From assembly GCA_965204375.1 (NCBI GenBank), contig OZ241986.1, positions 544,001 through 608,000 of the forward strand: a stretch of 64,000 nucleotides of DNA. Direction: 5' to 3'. This document shows positions 29,843 to 39,974 of this stretch, in pieces (the stretch's first letter is position 1; the number at the start of each line of letters is the position of its first letter). This DNA comes from Candidatus Latescibacterota bacterium (lineage in GTDB: Bacteria > Latescibacterota > UBA2968). The notes below the pieces were generated by a model. The model was not told the DNA's origin, did no database searches, and saw only the letters and a program-made list of their open reading frames with translations. Both the position numbers and the translations under genes were made by a program.

Positions 29843-31615
29843 TTACTCGTTCAGTGCCGAAAATTGGGCGATTTGTTCAATCTTGCCATCGACAATGCCC
29901 ATGTACCCAATTAGCATTTCGTCAAAACTTTGCTCACCCCAGCGAACCGTTGCGGATGGGTCGGGGTTGAGTTTGTTTTTTGCCGAGTTGTCAAAGACGG
30001 CATGGCTGACTATGCGCGTTCCAGCGGGCAGATGTTTAGGGGTTGAGAGGGCGTAGAACCGCTGCCAGTTGAACGTGTAATTTGGCACGGAGAGCAGGGT
30101 TTCGCGGGTTCCATCGGGATAATGTGCCACATAGCGGAAGCCCGCGCCCCGGAAGTGCATGTGGGGGAAGAGGGTGTAGAGGGTGACGTCCTGTTCAAAG
30201 ATTTTTACGGATGAGTCGCGATAGGCACTCGCATGCGGTGGGATTTTAATTTTCGGATTGGCGGGACCGACCACGCGGTGTTCGCGCAGGTTTTGGGCGT
30301 CGGTGAAATACAACCCCAGCCGGCTTTCATCCACTTCGGGACGTCCAGTGGTTGTATAGTGGATTTGAAATTGGATTTTGCTCCCTTTGGGGAGTAGTTT
30401 TGTCGTGCCTTTGGGCAGCATGACACCGTCCATGCCCGGTACATAAGAGGCAAAGATGCCGTCTAACCAGCGGTTCTTTTTGACGGTTTTCATTTTGTGC
30501 CTTTTGGGATAGATCAGGTGTGCCAGTGCGTGGTGCATGGCCGCGCGATTTCCCGGTAAAAATTCAGTCCCGCGCAATTGCACATCGTGGTCTATGGGTA
30601 CGGTAATTTTGAGATAGCGATAATCGACAATGCCGGTCGCTGGGATTTCCTGCCGTTCCAATGCGATGACCAGGTCGGGTTCGCCATAAGCCCAGGTTGT
30701 GGCTTGTGTCGGGTTTTCGGATAGGGGATCCGGGCCATCACCGCGGGGCGATCCAGCTTCGATCCAGTGAACGAGGATTTGTTCTTCTTCTGATGTGAGA
30801 GACATGTCGTTGCTAAATGTGCCGATGTGTGGGTCTGCATGCCAGGGGGGCATGCGTCGGGTGCGTACTACTTCGCGCATCATTGGAGACCAACCCGCGA
30901 CTTCTTTGTAATCGGTCATGTCAAAGGGTGCTATGCCGCCGGTTTGGTGACAGGTGACGCATTTGTTTCGCAGAATGGGTGCTACCTGTTTTGCATAAGA
31001 GATCTGTTTGTGTTGTGCGCGGTCTTTGCCCGGCAGGGCAATCAGGCAGCCGGGGGATGCAACGGCTTTGACGGCGATTTCTTCACCTTTGAGATGGGCG
31101 ATGAGTGCATCGGCGAGATAATGGTTGGATGCACTGGGTTTTTGCGCTTCGTAATTCAGACGATCGTCGATGGGGCCGCGGTAGAGGATGCGCCATGTTT
31201 TGGGATCGATGACAAGTGCTTCAGCCGTGCGGTGCAGGTCGAGCGATTCGGCGACGAGTTGCGTTTCATCAATGAGGATGGGATAGTCGATGGAGAAGGC
31301 GTCGGCTTCTTCGCGTACGCTTTCGCGGTCGTCTTGCAAGTTGGCATTGAGCATTAAAAATTGCACGCCTTTGGGCGCGTATTCTTCGCGTATCGCGTTG
31401 AGGTCATGCACTGCATTGCGCACAATAGGGCAACCATTGCCCTGGATGAATAAGACGATGGCAGATGCGTCTGAGTGCTCGTGGAGTGTGTGGAATTCGC
31501 CGTTCTGATCATAAAGGCCAAAATCATCTACGACAATATCCACGGATTGTGGTGTTTCTTGAATAGCAGAACAGCCGATGAAGAGGCAGGATAGGATATA
31601 CAATAGGTGTTTCAT
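29843..31615 (-). CDS. Lipoprotein: redoxin domain + CxxCH heme motif + copper type II (PHM/DBM-like) monooxygenase domains
   Basis: Lipobox FIGC, GCPIV redoxin with YRGPIDD, CVTCH, MHH, QIHY, PHMH, DEM. Confidence 0.8.
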   Translation of the reverse strand: MKHLLYILSCLFIGCSAIQETPQSVDIVVDDFGLYDQNGEFHTLHEHSDASAIVLFIQGNGCPIVRNAVHDLNAIREEYAPKGVQFLMLNANLQDDRESVREEADAFSIDYPILIDETQLVAESLDLHRTAEALVIDPKTWRILYRGPIDDRLNYEAQKPSASNHYLADALIAHLKGEEIAVKAVASPGCLIALPGKDRAQHKQISYAKQVAPILRNKCVTCHQTGGIAPFDMTDYKEVAGWSPMMREVVRTRRMPPWHADPHIGTFSNDMSLTSEEEQILVHWIEAGSPRGDGPDPLSENPTQATTWAYGEPDLVIALERQEIPATGIVDYRYLKITVPIDHDVQLRGTEFLPGNRAAMHHALAHLIYPKRHKMKTVKKNRWLDGIFASYVPGMDGVMLPKGTTKLLPKGSKIQFQIHYTTTGRPEVDESRLGLYFTDAQNLREHRVVGPANPKIKIPPHASAYRDSSVKIFEQDVTLYTLFPHMHFRGAGFRYVAHYPDGTRETLLSVPNYTFNWQRFYALSTPKHLPAGTRIVSHAVFDNSAKNKLNPDPSATVRWGEQSFDEMLIGYMGIVDGKIEQIAQFSALNE

Positions 31616-31624
31616 AATATCTCC

Positions 31625-32527
31625 TTAAAATTCTCTACTCCGCAATAATTCCAGTACGCGTTCGAGGTCGTCATTGCTGTAAAATTCGATTTCGATTTTG
31701 CCCCGAGAGCCTCTGCGGTTGATGTTGACCGCCGTGCCAAAATAACGCTGGAGGTCTTCTTCGAGAAATAGCAGGTTGGGGTCTTTGGGGGGCGTGGATT
31801 TTTTTTCTGTGGAGCCTTCTTTGAGTGCTTTGACGAGGGCCTCTGTGCGGCGAACCGATAATTCCTGTGCGATAATCCGCTGGCATAAGGCAATTTGTTG
31901 ATCCGCGTTGTCAAGACCAAGCAGTGCGCGGGCGTGACCTGCAGATATCTGCCCGGCTTGGAGTGCGTCGAGGACTTCGGGTGTCAATGCGAGGAGACGC
32001 AAGGTGTTGGCAATGGTCGAGCGGTCTTTGCCCACATGCTCGGCAACTTCTTCCTGTGTGAGAAAACATTCCTCTATGAGCATGCGATAGGCTTTGGCTT
32101 CTTCAATGGGGTTGAGATTTTCCCGCTGGATGTTTTCAATCAGCGAGAGTTCCATCATTTCCTGGTCTGTTCCCACATCCATAACAATCGCAGGTACGAC
32201 CGCGAGTTCGGCCTGACGCGCGGCGCGGAAACGACGTTCGCCTGCGATCAGTTGGTAGCCCGATCCAAATCGGCGCACGGAAATAGGCTGTATGATGCCT
32301 TTTTCGCGGATTGATTGCGCCAATTCGCCCACGGCTTTGGGATCGAATTCCGTGCGTGGCTGGTGGGGATTGGGTTCAATATCATCAATGGGTATTTCGA
32401 TGATTTGCCGTTGGGTCTGTCCCGCAGGCGAAGGAGCAATTTCCGATGTGATTTTTTCGGCAGGGGTTGCATCGGCACCGGGAATCAGGGCGCCCAACCC
32501 CTTGCCGAGGGCATTGCGTTTAGCCAT
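31625..32527 (-). CDS. parB: Chromosome partitioning protein ParB
   Basis: LGKGLGAL N-terminus, [23 protein letters not shown]. Confidence 0.97.
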   Translation of the reverse strand: MAKRNALGKGLGALIPGADATPAEKITSEIAPSPAGQTQRQIIEIPIDDIEPNPHQPRTEFDPKAVGELAQSIREKGIIQPISVRRFGSGYQLIAGERRFRAARQAELAVVPAIVMDVGTDQEMMELSLIENIQRENLNPIEEAKAYRMLIEECFLTQEEVAEHVGKDRSTIANTLRLLALTPEVLDALQAGQISAGHARALLGLDNADQQIALCQRIIAQELSVRRTEALVKALKEGSTEKKSTPPKDPNLLFLEEDLQRYFGTAVNINRRGSRGKIEIEFYSNDDLERVLELLRSREF

Positions 32528-33281
32528 TGATGACCTCCCCGGCTAAGTTCATGTAATTTTGTGCACCAGAAGATATAATATCGTAGAGGATGATGGGTTT
32601 GCCAAAACTGGGTGCTTCGCCGAGTTTGACGTTGCGCGTGATAATTGTATTATAGACGCGGTCGCCAAAATGCGATTTGGTTTCTTCGGCAACCTGGCGC
32701 GCCAGATTGAGACGTCCGTCGTACATTGTGAGCAGTACGCCTTCAATGGCGAGGTGGGGGTTGAGGTGTTGCTGCACGAGGCGGAGGGTGTTGAGCAATT
32801 TGCTCAGGCCCTCGAGCGCGTAGTATTCGCATTGTATGGGGATGAGCACGGAGTCGGCTGCCGTCAGCGCGTTGAGCGTGAGCAATCCCAATGAGGGGGG
32901 ACAGTCGATGATGATAAAGTCGTAGGTTTCGCGCGCTTGCAAGAGGGCATTTTTGAGGCGTTGTTCGCGCGAAATGATGGAGACCATTTCCACTTCGGCA
33001 CCGGTGAGGCGAATGTGAGAGGGCGCAATGCTGAGAAAGGGCAGATCGCTCTGGTAGATGACTTCCATTAGCGGTACGTCTTCGAGGAGTACTTCGTACA
33101 CACAGGGCGTTTGTTCATCTATCTCAATACCACATCCGCTGGACGCGTTGGCCTGTGGGTCTATGTCGAGCAGCAGGGTTTTCTTTTCTGCAGTGGCCAG
33201 ACACGCAGATAGGTTGACTGCGGTGGTGGTTTTGCCCACGCCGCCTTTTTGATTGGCTATGGCAATGACCCGTGCAGACAT
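32520..33281 (-). CDS. parA: Chromosome partitioning ATPase ParA/Soj
   Basis: [37 protein letters not shown]. Confidence 0.97.
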   Translation of the reverse strand: MSARVIAIANQKGGVGKTTTAVNLSACLATAEKKTLLLDIDPQANASSGCGIEIDEQTPCVYEVLLEDVPLMEVIYQSDLPFLSIAPSHIRLTGAEVEMVSIISREQRLKNALLQARETYDFIIIDCPPSLGLLTLNALTAADSVLIPIQCEYYALEGLSKLLNTLRLVQQHLNPHLAIEGVLLTMYDGRLNLARQVAEETKSHFGDRVYNTIITRNVKLGEAPSFGKPIILYDIISSGAQNYMNLAGEVING

Positions 33282-33329
33282 CTCAAATCCCGAAAATTCA
33301 AGTATAAATAGCGATATTCAAGTCCGTAG

Positions 33330-33358
33330 AATATAGTGTACGCACAGGGGAAAATCAA
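33330..33358 (-). promoter_or_regulatory. parAB promoter
   Basis: TTGATT-17bp-TATATT on the minus strand. Confidence 0.55.
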
Positions 33359-33406
33359 GCACGGGCATTTATCAATAAGTTGTGCTGTGGGGTGGAAAGG
33401 CGAGGG

Positions 33407-34975
33407 TTATGGTGCTTTTTGTAATGGCTTAGAGTACTGCATAAAATCGTTAAAGAGCACAAATTGAGATTCATCGGTATCAGATTGCGGCCTGTATTTC
33501 GCGAGATGCTGGTCTTTGTGAAGTATTTCTGCCAGTACGATCAAATCTAACCGCTTGAGTATATCGGCTGTAATTGGTCGTTTTGCATCCCAAAAAATGA
33601 AAGCATGCAAAAATTCTCGCGCGGCTTTTGAGTTGAGAAGGTCAGCAAATAAAATCGCTTCATCTCGATTTGTGCATGGGAGAAAATAACAGGTATCGTC
33701 AACCATTGCGGGTTTTCCATCCAGAGGAGGTATGATTGAGAATTGAATTTTTTTGTATAACCCGGAAATCGCTACCTTCCACTGGGCAAAGGAATAATCG
33801 CCGACGCCGAAGATAGAAAAACGCGGTTTGTTTTTATAAATAGAGCTTTTTCGCCGATCCAATTTGTCCGCATGGTTTGTGAGATAAGCCCATGTCCTGG
33901 GTGCCTTCTCTCGAATGATACGGGTTTCATCTCCGACTTTTCGCTGTGGTATGAGAACCCATCGCTCGGGCGTTTCAGTTTTGCATTTGACGACATGCGA
34001 ACTTTTGTAAAGAGGGAACACAAACGTATCTTCTATATCGACAGCTTCGCCCAGGCCATTCACAAAAGTGCCATTTTCGCGTGTAAATTCCATTATTCTG
34101 GCGCAGTCGTGCTTTACGCCCGACCGCCATTTGAAAGGAACATGACCATCGAGTTGAGACCATTTTTCATACTTTTTCAAATCGGCTAAAATTTCAGTAT
34201 TGTGCATTCCTATCTCAGAGATTTTACATTTATCTGAAATGCCCTGAAAAACACCGCAGGATTTTATTTCAGAGGGCGCGCCCGTCTTACATACCAATAA
34301 GCAGGCGGAGACAGAGACATTGAAATGCGTCTTAGAATCTATGATATACAAATGGGATTCTGAGACGTGAAAATCGCGGTTCCATACGTATTTTAGAACT
34401 TTTCTCGCTACTGTGGTTTTGCAAAGCATTGCCAATACTGCGTTTTTGTTCTGCAATTTATCCAGTAGATGGATGAGCATCCACTCGGATATATCGAAGT
34501 TGGATTTTCCCGTTATTGCGTCGAATCCTTTGTGACCTTGAAAATTGCTCTTAGCAGGTAAATTCGATCCGCGAATGCGCCCCAAGCTCGAATTGGTTAC
34601 CCAGGGTGGGTTGCCAAGCAATAGAATGGGTTGTGGTAGGCGAGACAAAATATCTTCCCAATCGAGCTGAAAAAAATCTTCATTTTTGAGTTCGATCCGA
34701 GTATGGTCTATTTTCCTCAGTTTTCGTTCAAGTTCCAGTAAATATTCTCTGTTGATTTCGTTGCCCAAAAATTTTCGCGCTTGCTGAAAAGTGTCCATAG
34801 CACTCACTATAAACCCACCTGTACCGCACGTTGGTTCGACGATGCTCTCTGGTCGTACGCCTGTAGAATGCAGGAAATGACATATTTCATCTGTGAGTTC
34901 AGACGGCGTTTGAAAGTCACCAAATTCCACTGTCCGTCTGTGAGTGTGGTTTTTTACTTTCAATTGCTTTTCCAT
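33407..34975 (-). CDS. N6-adenine DNA methyltransferase (M.NspV-like, gamma-type motif order)
   Basis: EFGDFQTP, EPTCGTG (motif I), GNPPW (motif IV), GKSNFDISE; start uncertain (34975 or 34963). Confidence 0.88.
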   Translation of the reverse strand: MEKQLKVKNHTHRRTVEFGDFQTPSELTDEICHFLHSTGVRPESIVEPTCGTGGFIVSAMDTFQQARKFLGNEINREYLLELERKLRKIDHTRIELKNEDFFQLDWEDILSRLPQPILLLGNPPWVTNSSLGRIRGSNLPAKSNFQGHKGFDAITGKSNFDISEWMLIHLLDKLQNKNAVLAMLCKTTVARKVLKYVWNRDFHVSESHLYIIDSKTHFNVSVSACLLVCKTGAPSEIKSCGVFQGISDKCKISEIGMHNTEILADLKKYEKWSQLDGHVPFKWRSGVKHDCARIMEFTRENGTFVNGLGEAVDIEDTFVFPLYKSSHVVKCKTETPERWVLIPQRKVGDETRIIREKAPRTWAYLTNHADKLDRRKSSIYKNKPRFSIFGVGDYSFAQWKVAISGLYKKIQFSIIPPLDGKPAMVDDTCYFLPCTNRDEAILFADLLNSKAAREFLHAFIFWDAKRPITADILKRLDLIVLAEILHKDQHLAKYRPQSDTDESQFVLFNDFMQYSKPLQKAP

Positions 34976-35075
34976 CTGTGACGCCAAACAAACTGGCATG
35001 CTCGCGAGAAGACTCGATACGTGCAAATTGGTGCGCCTCTTCACAAGGCAAACTGATTGTCAATTCGGGTTTCAT
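34917..35075 (-). pseudogene. Truncated N-terminal remnant of an NspV-like restriction endonuclease
   Basis: Manual translation MKPELTISLPCEEAHQFARIESSREHASLFGVTDGKAI... matches the recalled N-terminal motif (L[YF]G[VI]TDGKA) of this REase family; it then runs out of frame into the MTase. Confidence 0.7.
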
Positions 35076-35249
35076 TTTGGCTTTCCTACGTGAAATATAT
35101 GGATTACTTGAAGATAGTCATTTTTCGGCGTTTTTCAAGTCTCATCAACTATCTTGGGCAATCTCGGACATATTTCATTTAAGATGCTGGGGTTTTGGGC
35201 AAATTTTGAGCGGCTGGTTTTCAAGTGAGGACCAATTTGTGGGATAAAA

Positions 35250-35379
35250 CAAGTGCCTGCCTCCTCAATGGAACAGGCACTTTTGTTTTTTTCCTATCCA
35301 AAAAAATAGGAGGTTACTCTGCCAGCGCAGCGTGGGCGGTTGCGAGGCGGCGATGGGTACGCGGCAGGGTGAGCAAGAC
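35250..35379 (-). repeat. Degenerate copy of the ppdK 3' end plus terminator (direct repeat of 37124-37251)
   Basis: Encodes SCSPCRVPIA (ppdK has SCSPFRVPIA) followed by a 1-nt frameshift; shares the AAGTGCC...GGCACTTTTG hairpin. Confidence 0.85.
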
Positions 35380-35522
35380 CGGCATAAGCCTATTTGGTCA
35401 TGAAATGGGTTGAGGAACGAGTGGTAGTCGGTTATATTTGTCGTAGCGATAAGCGGTGGACCTATATTACGCGCTGCAATTGAAACCTGTACACAAAGAT
35501 TTATAGAGAGGATCATTGATTC

Positions 35523-37097
35523 ATGCGCTTTTTCAATACGAGCGGTCCGGTGGTGGCAGCAGACCATTACTGCATTCCTCCTCTGGAAAGGCTGAACCTC
35601 GCCGATGTGCGCAGGCTCATCCGCGACAAACGCTACTTCGTGCTGCACGCGCCACGGCAGACGGGCAAGACTTCGGCATTGTTGGCTCTGCGCGACTTGC
35701 TCAATGCCGAAGACGCCTATCGCTGTGTGTACGTCAACATCGAAGGCGGGCAGGCCGCGCGCGAAGATGTGGAACAGGTGATACGTACCATTTTGGGCGA
35801 GTTGGCATCTCGGGCGCGTTCAGTGGGCGACGCATTTCTGGACGAGGTCTGGTTTGACATCCTGGCGAAATACGGGCCCCATGTTGCTTTGCGCGAGGCG
35901 TTGACGCGCTGGGCCGAGTCGGCCCCGAAGCCGTTGGTGCTGCTCATTGATGAGATCGATGCTCTGATTGGCGATTCTCTGCTGTCCGTGTTGCGGCAGT
36001 TGCGGGCAGGCTACGATTTGCGCCCAGCGGGGTTTCCGCAGAGTGTGGTACTGTGTGGCGTGCGCGATGTGCGCGATTATCGCATCCAATCAACCGCAGA
36101 GAACGCGCTTATCGCCGGAGGCAGTGCGTTCAATATCAAAGCGCGATCCCTGCGCCTGGGTGACTTTTCGCGGGACGAGGTGATCGCCCTGATCAATCAG
36201 CATGCCGAGGAGACGGAGCAGGCGTTCACCCCTGACGCGCTGGACACGATCTGGACGCAGACCCAAGGGCAGCCCTGGCTGGTGAACGCGCTGGCGGATG
36301 AGACCTGTTTCCACGACGGGGATACAGCAGACCGACTTCGTCCGATCACCGAAGATGACATCCGCAACGCGCAAGAGCAACTCATTCTGCGCCGAGAGAC
36401 ACATTTGGATCAGTTGGCGGACAAACTCAAGGAGAAGCGCGTGCAGCGTGTGATTGAACCGCTCTTGAGTGGTGGCGAGGAACGCCGTTTCATTGACCGC
36501 GACCTGGAGTACATCCGCGATCTCGGCCTCCTGGCTCAAGATCGGCCCTTGCGTATTGCCAATCCCATCTACGCCGAGGTCGTCCCGCGTGAGTTGACGT
36601 GGGTGATCCAAGAGGAGTTTGAGCAGGAAACCGCATGGTACGTCAATGTCGATGGCAGCCTGGACGTAGTCAAGCTAATGACCGAGTTTCAGACATTTTT
36701 TCGCGAGCACTCAGAACATTGGGTGACGCGGTTTCAATATCAGGAGGCCGGTCCGCAGTTACTGTTGCAGGCGTTTTTGCAACGCATTGTGAACAGTGGC
36801 GGGCGCATTGAACGGGAATATGGCCTGGGCAGAATGCGTACAGATCTGCTGATTGTCTGGCCGCAGGGCGATCAGACGCGCAAGGTTGTGATTGAGTGCA
36901 AATTGCTCCACAAGAGTCTGGAGCAGACCATTGCCGAGGGTCTGGAACAGACGGCGGAGTACATGGATCGTTGCGACGCAGAGGTGGGTCATCTGGTGAT
37001 TTTTGACCGTCGTGCAGGCAGGCGTTGGGAGGACAAGGTGTTCCACTTCCGCCGGGCATCGGAAAGCGGGGTAGAGATTGACGTATGGGGCATGTGA
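35523..37097 (+). CDS. AAA-like ATPase with C-terminal PD-(D/E)XK-like domain
   Basis: FNTSGP N-terminus, APRQTGKTS Walker A, LIDEID Walker B, EREYGLGRMRTDL...IECK. Confidence 0.85.
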   Translation: MRFFNTSGPVVAADHYCIPPLERLNLADVRRLIRDKRYFVLHAPRQTGKTSALLALRDLLNAEDAYRCVYVNIEGGQAAREDVEQVIRTILGELASRARSVGDAFLDEVWFDILAKYGPHVALREALTRWAESAPKPLVLLIDEIDALIGDSLLSVLRQLRAGYDLRPAGFPQSVVLCGVRDVRDYRIQSTAENALIAGGSAFNIKARSLRLGDFSRDEVIALINQHAEETEQAFTPDALDTIWTQTQGQPWLVNALADETCFHDGDTADRLRPITEDDIRNAQEQLILRRETHLDQLADKLKEKRVQRVIEPLLSGGEERRFIDRDLEYIRDLGLLAQDRPLRIANPIYAEVVPRELTWVIQEEFEQETAWYVNVDGSLDVVKLMTEFQTFFREHSEHWVTRFQYQEAGPQLLLQAFLQRIVNSGGRIEREYGLGRMRTDLLIVWPQGDQTRKVVIECKLLHKSLEQTIAEGLEQTAEYMDRCDAEVGHLVIFDRRAGRRWEDKVFHFRRASESGVEIDVWGM

Positions 37098-37123
37098 TAG
37101 CGTCTCGGGAGACATACAAAAAG

Positions 37124-37160
37124 CAAGTGCCCGCCTTCTCAATGGAAGCGGGCACTTTTG
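37124..37160. terminator. Bidirectional intrinsic terminator between the AAA gene and ppdK
   Basis: AAGTGCCCGC...GCGGGCACTT hairpin with T/A tracts on both sides. Confidence 0.75.
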
Positions 37161-37182
37161 TGTTTATTCCAGAAATAGAAGA

Positions 37183-39828
37183 TTACTCTTCCAGTGCAGC
37201 GTGGGCGGCTGCGAGGCGGGCGATGGGTACGCGGAAGGGTGAGCAGGAGACGTAGTCCATGCCGATGTTGTGGCAGAAGTGTACAGAGGATGGATCGCCT
37301 CCGTGTTCGCCGCAGATGCCCACTTTGAGGTCGCCTCGGGCGCCGCGTCCGTTTCTGGTGCCGAGTTCGACGAGTTGCCCCACGCCGGTCTGGTCGAGGG
37401 TCTGGAAGGGATCGTTTTCGAGGATGCCCTTTTCGACGTATTCGCCCAGGAATTTGCCGGCGTCGTCGCGGGAGTAACCATAGGTCATTTGCGTGAGGTC
37501 GTTGGTGCCAAACGAGAAAAATTCAGCGTGTTCGGCAATTTCGGCGGCGGTAAGAGCAGCGCGGGGAATTTCGATCATGGTGCCGACGAGATACGCGACG
37601 CGCTTGCCGGTTTCGCTTTCGACTTCGCGAGCCACGCGGTCTGTCATGATTTTGAGTTCGGTAAATTCTTTGACTGCGCCGACGAGTGGAATCATGATTT
37701 CGGGAACCGCTTTGGATCCCACATTGGCGGCGGCTTCGAGGATGGCGCGCACCTGCATTTCGTAAATTTCTGGATAGGTGATGCCCAGCCGACAGCCGCG
37801 ATGCCCGAGCATGGGATTAAATTCGTTGAGGGATTCGACCTTGTCCTGAATCACGCGCAACGAGGTATTGAGCCGCCTTGCCATTTCCTCTTGCTGGTCG
37901 CTCTCGTGTGGGAGAAACTCGTGCAGAGGGGGGTCGAGCAGGCGAATGGTCACGGGCAGTCCGGCCATGGCATTGAATATGCCTTCAAAGTCGCCGCGCT
38001 GGATGGGCAATAGCTTTTCGAGGGCACCACGACGGCCTTCTTCATCATCGGCGAGAATCATTTCGCGCACGATATTGATGCGGTCGCCTTCAAAGAACAT
38101 GTGTTCTGTGCGGCACAGGCCAATGCCTTCGGCGCCAAAGTCGCGCGCGACAGCCGAATCGTGTGGCGTATCCGCATTGGTGCGTACATTGAGTGTGCGA
38201 ATCCCATCTGCCCAACTCATCAAGGTGGCAAAATCGCCCGAGAATTCAGGCTCCTGTGTGGGAACCTGGCCGAGCATGACTTCACCTGTAGAGCCGTCAA
38301 TGGAGACCCAGTCGCCGCCTTTGACAACCGTATCGCCAACAGAGAATTGATTCGCTGTGTAGTCGATGACCAGATCGCCACAACCGGCCACACAGCATTT
38401 GCCCATACCGCGAGCAACCACAGCAGCGTGTGAGGTCATGCCCCCGCGTGCGGTGAGAATGCCCTGTGCGGCGTCCATACCACCGATGTCTTCGGGCGAG
38501 GTTTCAAGGCGCACCAGCAGAACCTGCTCGCCCTGCTCGGCGGCTTCTTCGGCTTCTTCGGCGAGAAAGACGACTTTTCCCGACGCAGCGCCCGGTGAAG
38601 CGGGCAATCCCGTAGCCAGTACATTGCGTTCAATTGTGGGATCGAAGGTGGGGTGCAGGAGTTGGTCGAGTTGTTCGGGTTCCACGCTCTGCACGGCTTC
38701 GGTCTTGGTGATCAGGCCTTCGTTGACCATGTCAACGGCAATTTTGACAGCGGCAGCGGCTGTGCGTTTGCCACTGCGGGTTTGCAGCATCCAGAGTTTG
38801 CCCTGTTGCACGGTAAATTCGATGTCCTGCATGTCCCGATAGTGATTTTCGAGTGTTTGATAGATGCCTTCGAGTGTTTGGTAGGCTTCGGGCTGTCTGC
38901 TCTTCAGGCGTTCTACAGGCTCGGGCGTGCGCACGCCTGCGACCACGTCTTCGCCCTGTGCATTGGTGAGAAATTCGCCGTAAAATGTGTTTTCACCCGT
39001 TGAAGGATCGCGCGTAAATGCAACGCCTGTGGCGCAGTCATCGCCCATGTTGCCATAGACCATGGATTGTACGTTGACCGCTGTTCCCCAGTCTCCGGGG
39101 ATATTTTCCAGACGCCGATAGGTGATGGCGCGATCCGCCTGCCATGAGCCAAATACCGCGCCAATACCACCCCAGAGTTGCTCGATGGGGTCGGTGGGGA
39201 AATTTTGTCCCGTGCGTTTTTTGACGATGTCTTTGAACATATCGACGAGGGTTTTGAGGTCCTCTACGGTCATGTCGAGGTCGTCCTCGATGCCGCGCTT
39301 TTCTTTTACTTCGTCGATGGCGGCTTCAAAGGGATCTATTTCGAGGCCCTCGGGTGTCACGCCCATTACCACATCGCCATAGGTCTGGATGAAGCGGCGA
39401 TAAGAGTCCCATCCAAAACGCGGGTTGTTGCTTCTGGCAATAAGACCTTCTGTGATTTCATCGTTGAGGCCGAGGTTGAGTACGGTTTCCATCATGCCGG
39501 GCATAGAGACGCGCGCACCCGAGCGCACGGAGAGAAGCAATGGGTTTGTCGCATCGCCGAATTTGCCACCCATAACATTTTCGAGTTTGGCAACGTTGTC
39601 CATCACCTGTTTTTCAAGGGCTTCGGGATATTGTTTGTCGTTATCGTAATAATACGTGCAAACCTCGGTGGTGATGGTAAATCCAGCGGGCACGGGTATG
39701 CCAAGGCCCGACATTTCTGCGAGATTCGCACCTTTACCACCGAGCAAGTTGCGCATTTCTGCAGAGCCTTCGGCTTTGCCATCGCCAAAGAAATAGACAT
39801 ATTTTTCTTCTTGTTTTGCTGTTGCCAT
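37183..39828 (-). CDS. ppdK: Pyruvate, phosphate dikinase
   Basis: LLGGKGANLAEM, SMPGMMET, GGMTSHAAVVARG (phospho-His), GLCRTEHMF, ICGEHGG. Confidence 0.98.
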   Translation of the reverse strand: MATAKQEEKYVYFFGDGKAEGSAEMRNLLGGKGANLAEMSGLGIPVPAGFTITTEVCTYYYDNDKQYPEALEKQVMDNVAKLENVMGGKFGDATNPLLLSVRSGARVSMPGMMETVLNLGLNDEITEGLIARSNNPRFGWDSYRRFIQTYGDVVMGVTPEGLEIDPFEAAIDEVKEKRGIEDDLDMTVEDLKTLVDMFKDIVKKRTGQNFPTDPIEQLWGGIGAVFGSWQADRAITYRRLENIPGDWGTAVNVQSMVYGNMGDDCATGVAFTRDPSTGENTFYGEFLTNAQGEDVVAGVRTPEPVERLKSRQPEAYQTLEGIYQTLENHYRDMQDIEFTVQQGKLWMLQTRSGKRTAAAAVKIAVDMVNEGLITKTEAVQSVEPEQLDQLLHPTFDPTIERNVLATGLPASPGAASGKVVFLAEEAEEAAEQGEQVLLVRLETSPEDIGGMDAAQGILTARGGMTSHAAVVARGMGKCCVAGCGDLVIDYTANQFSVGDTVVKGGDWVSIDGSTGEVMLGQVPTQEPEFSGDFATLMSWADGIRTLNVRTNADTPHDSAVARDFGAEGIGLCRTEHMFFEGDRINIVREMILADDEEGRRGALEKLLPIQRGDFEGIFNAMAGLPVTIRLLDPPLHEFLPHESDQQEEMARRLNTSLRVIQDKVESLNEFNPMLGHRGCRLGITYPEIYEMQVRAILEAAANVGSKAVPEIMIPLVGAVKEFTELKIMTDRVAREVESETGKRVAYLVGTMIEIPRAALTAAEIAEHAEFFSFGTNDLTQMTYGYSRDDAGKFLGEYVEKGILENDPFQTLDQTGVGQLVELGTRNGRGARGDLKVGICGEHGGDPSSVHFCHNIGMDYVSCSPFRVPIARLAAAHAALEE

Positions 39829-39974
39829 TGCGTCCTCCAAAGGGATTCAAATCAGGGCATAAAAATGTGCCCGGGTTATATTTTAGCAAGGAAAAATATA
39901 ATAGGGCAAAAAAACGAGCAAGGATTTTGTTGGAATTGAAAAAAAAAGCAGGGCTGGGGATCGAGGTGGGCTGA

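Noticed and set aside
35082-35097. parS-like sequence (…ACGTGAAAT) upstream of parAB
   Set aside because: Only one half resembles TGTTTCACGTGAAACA; it is not palindromic.
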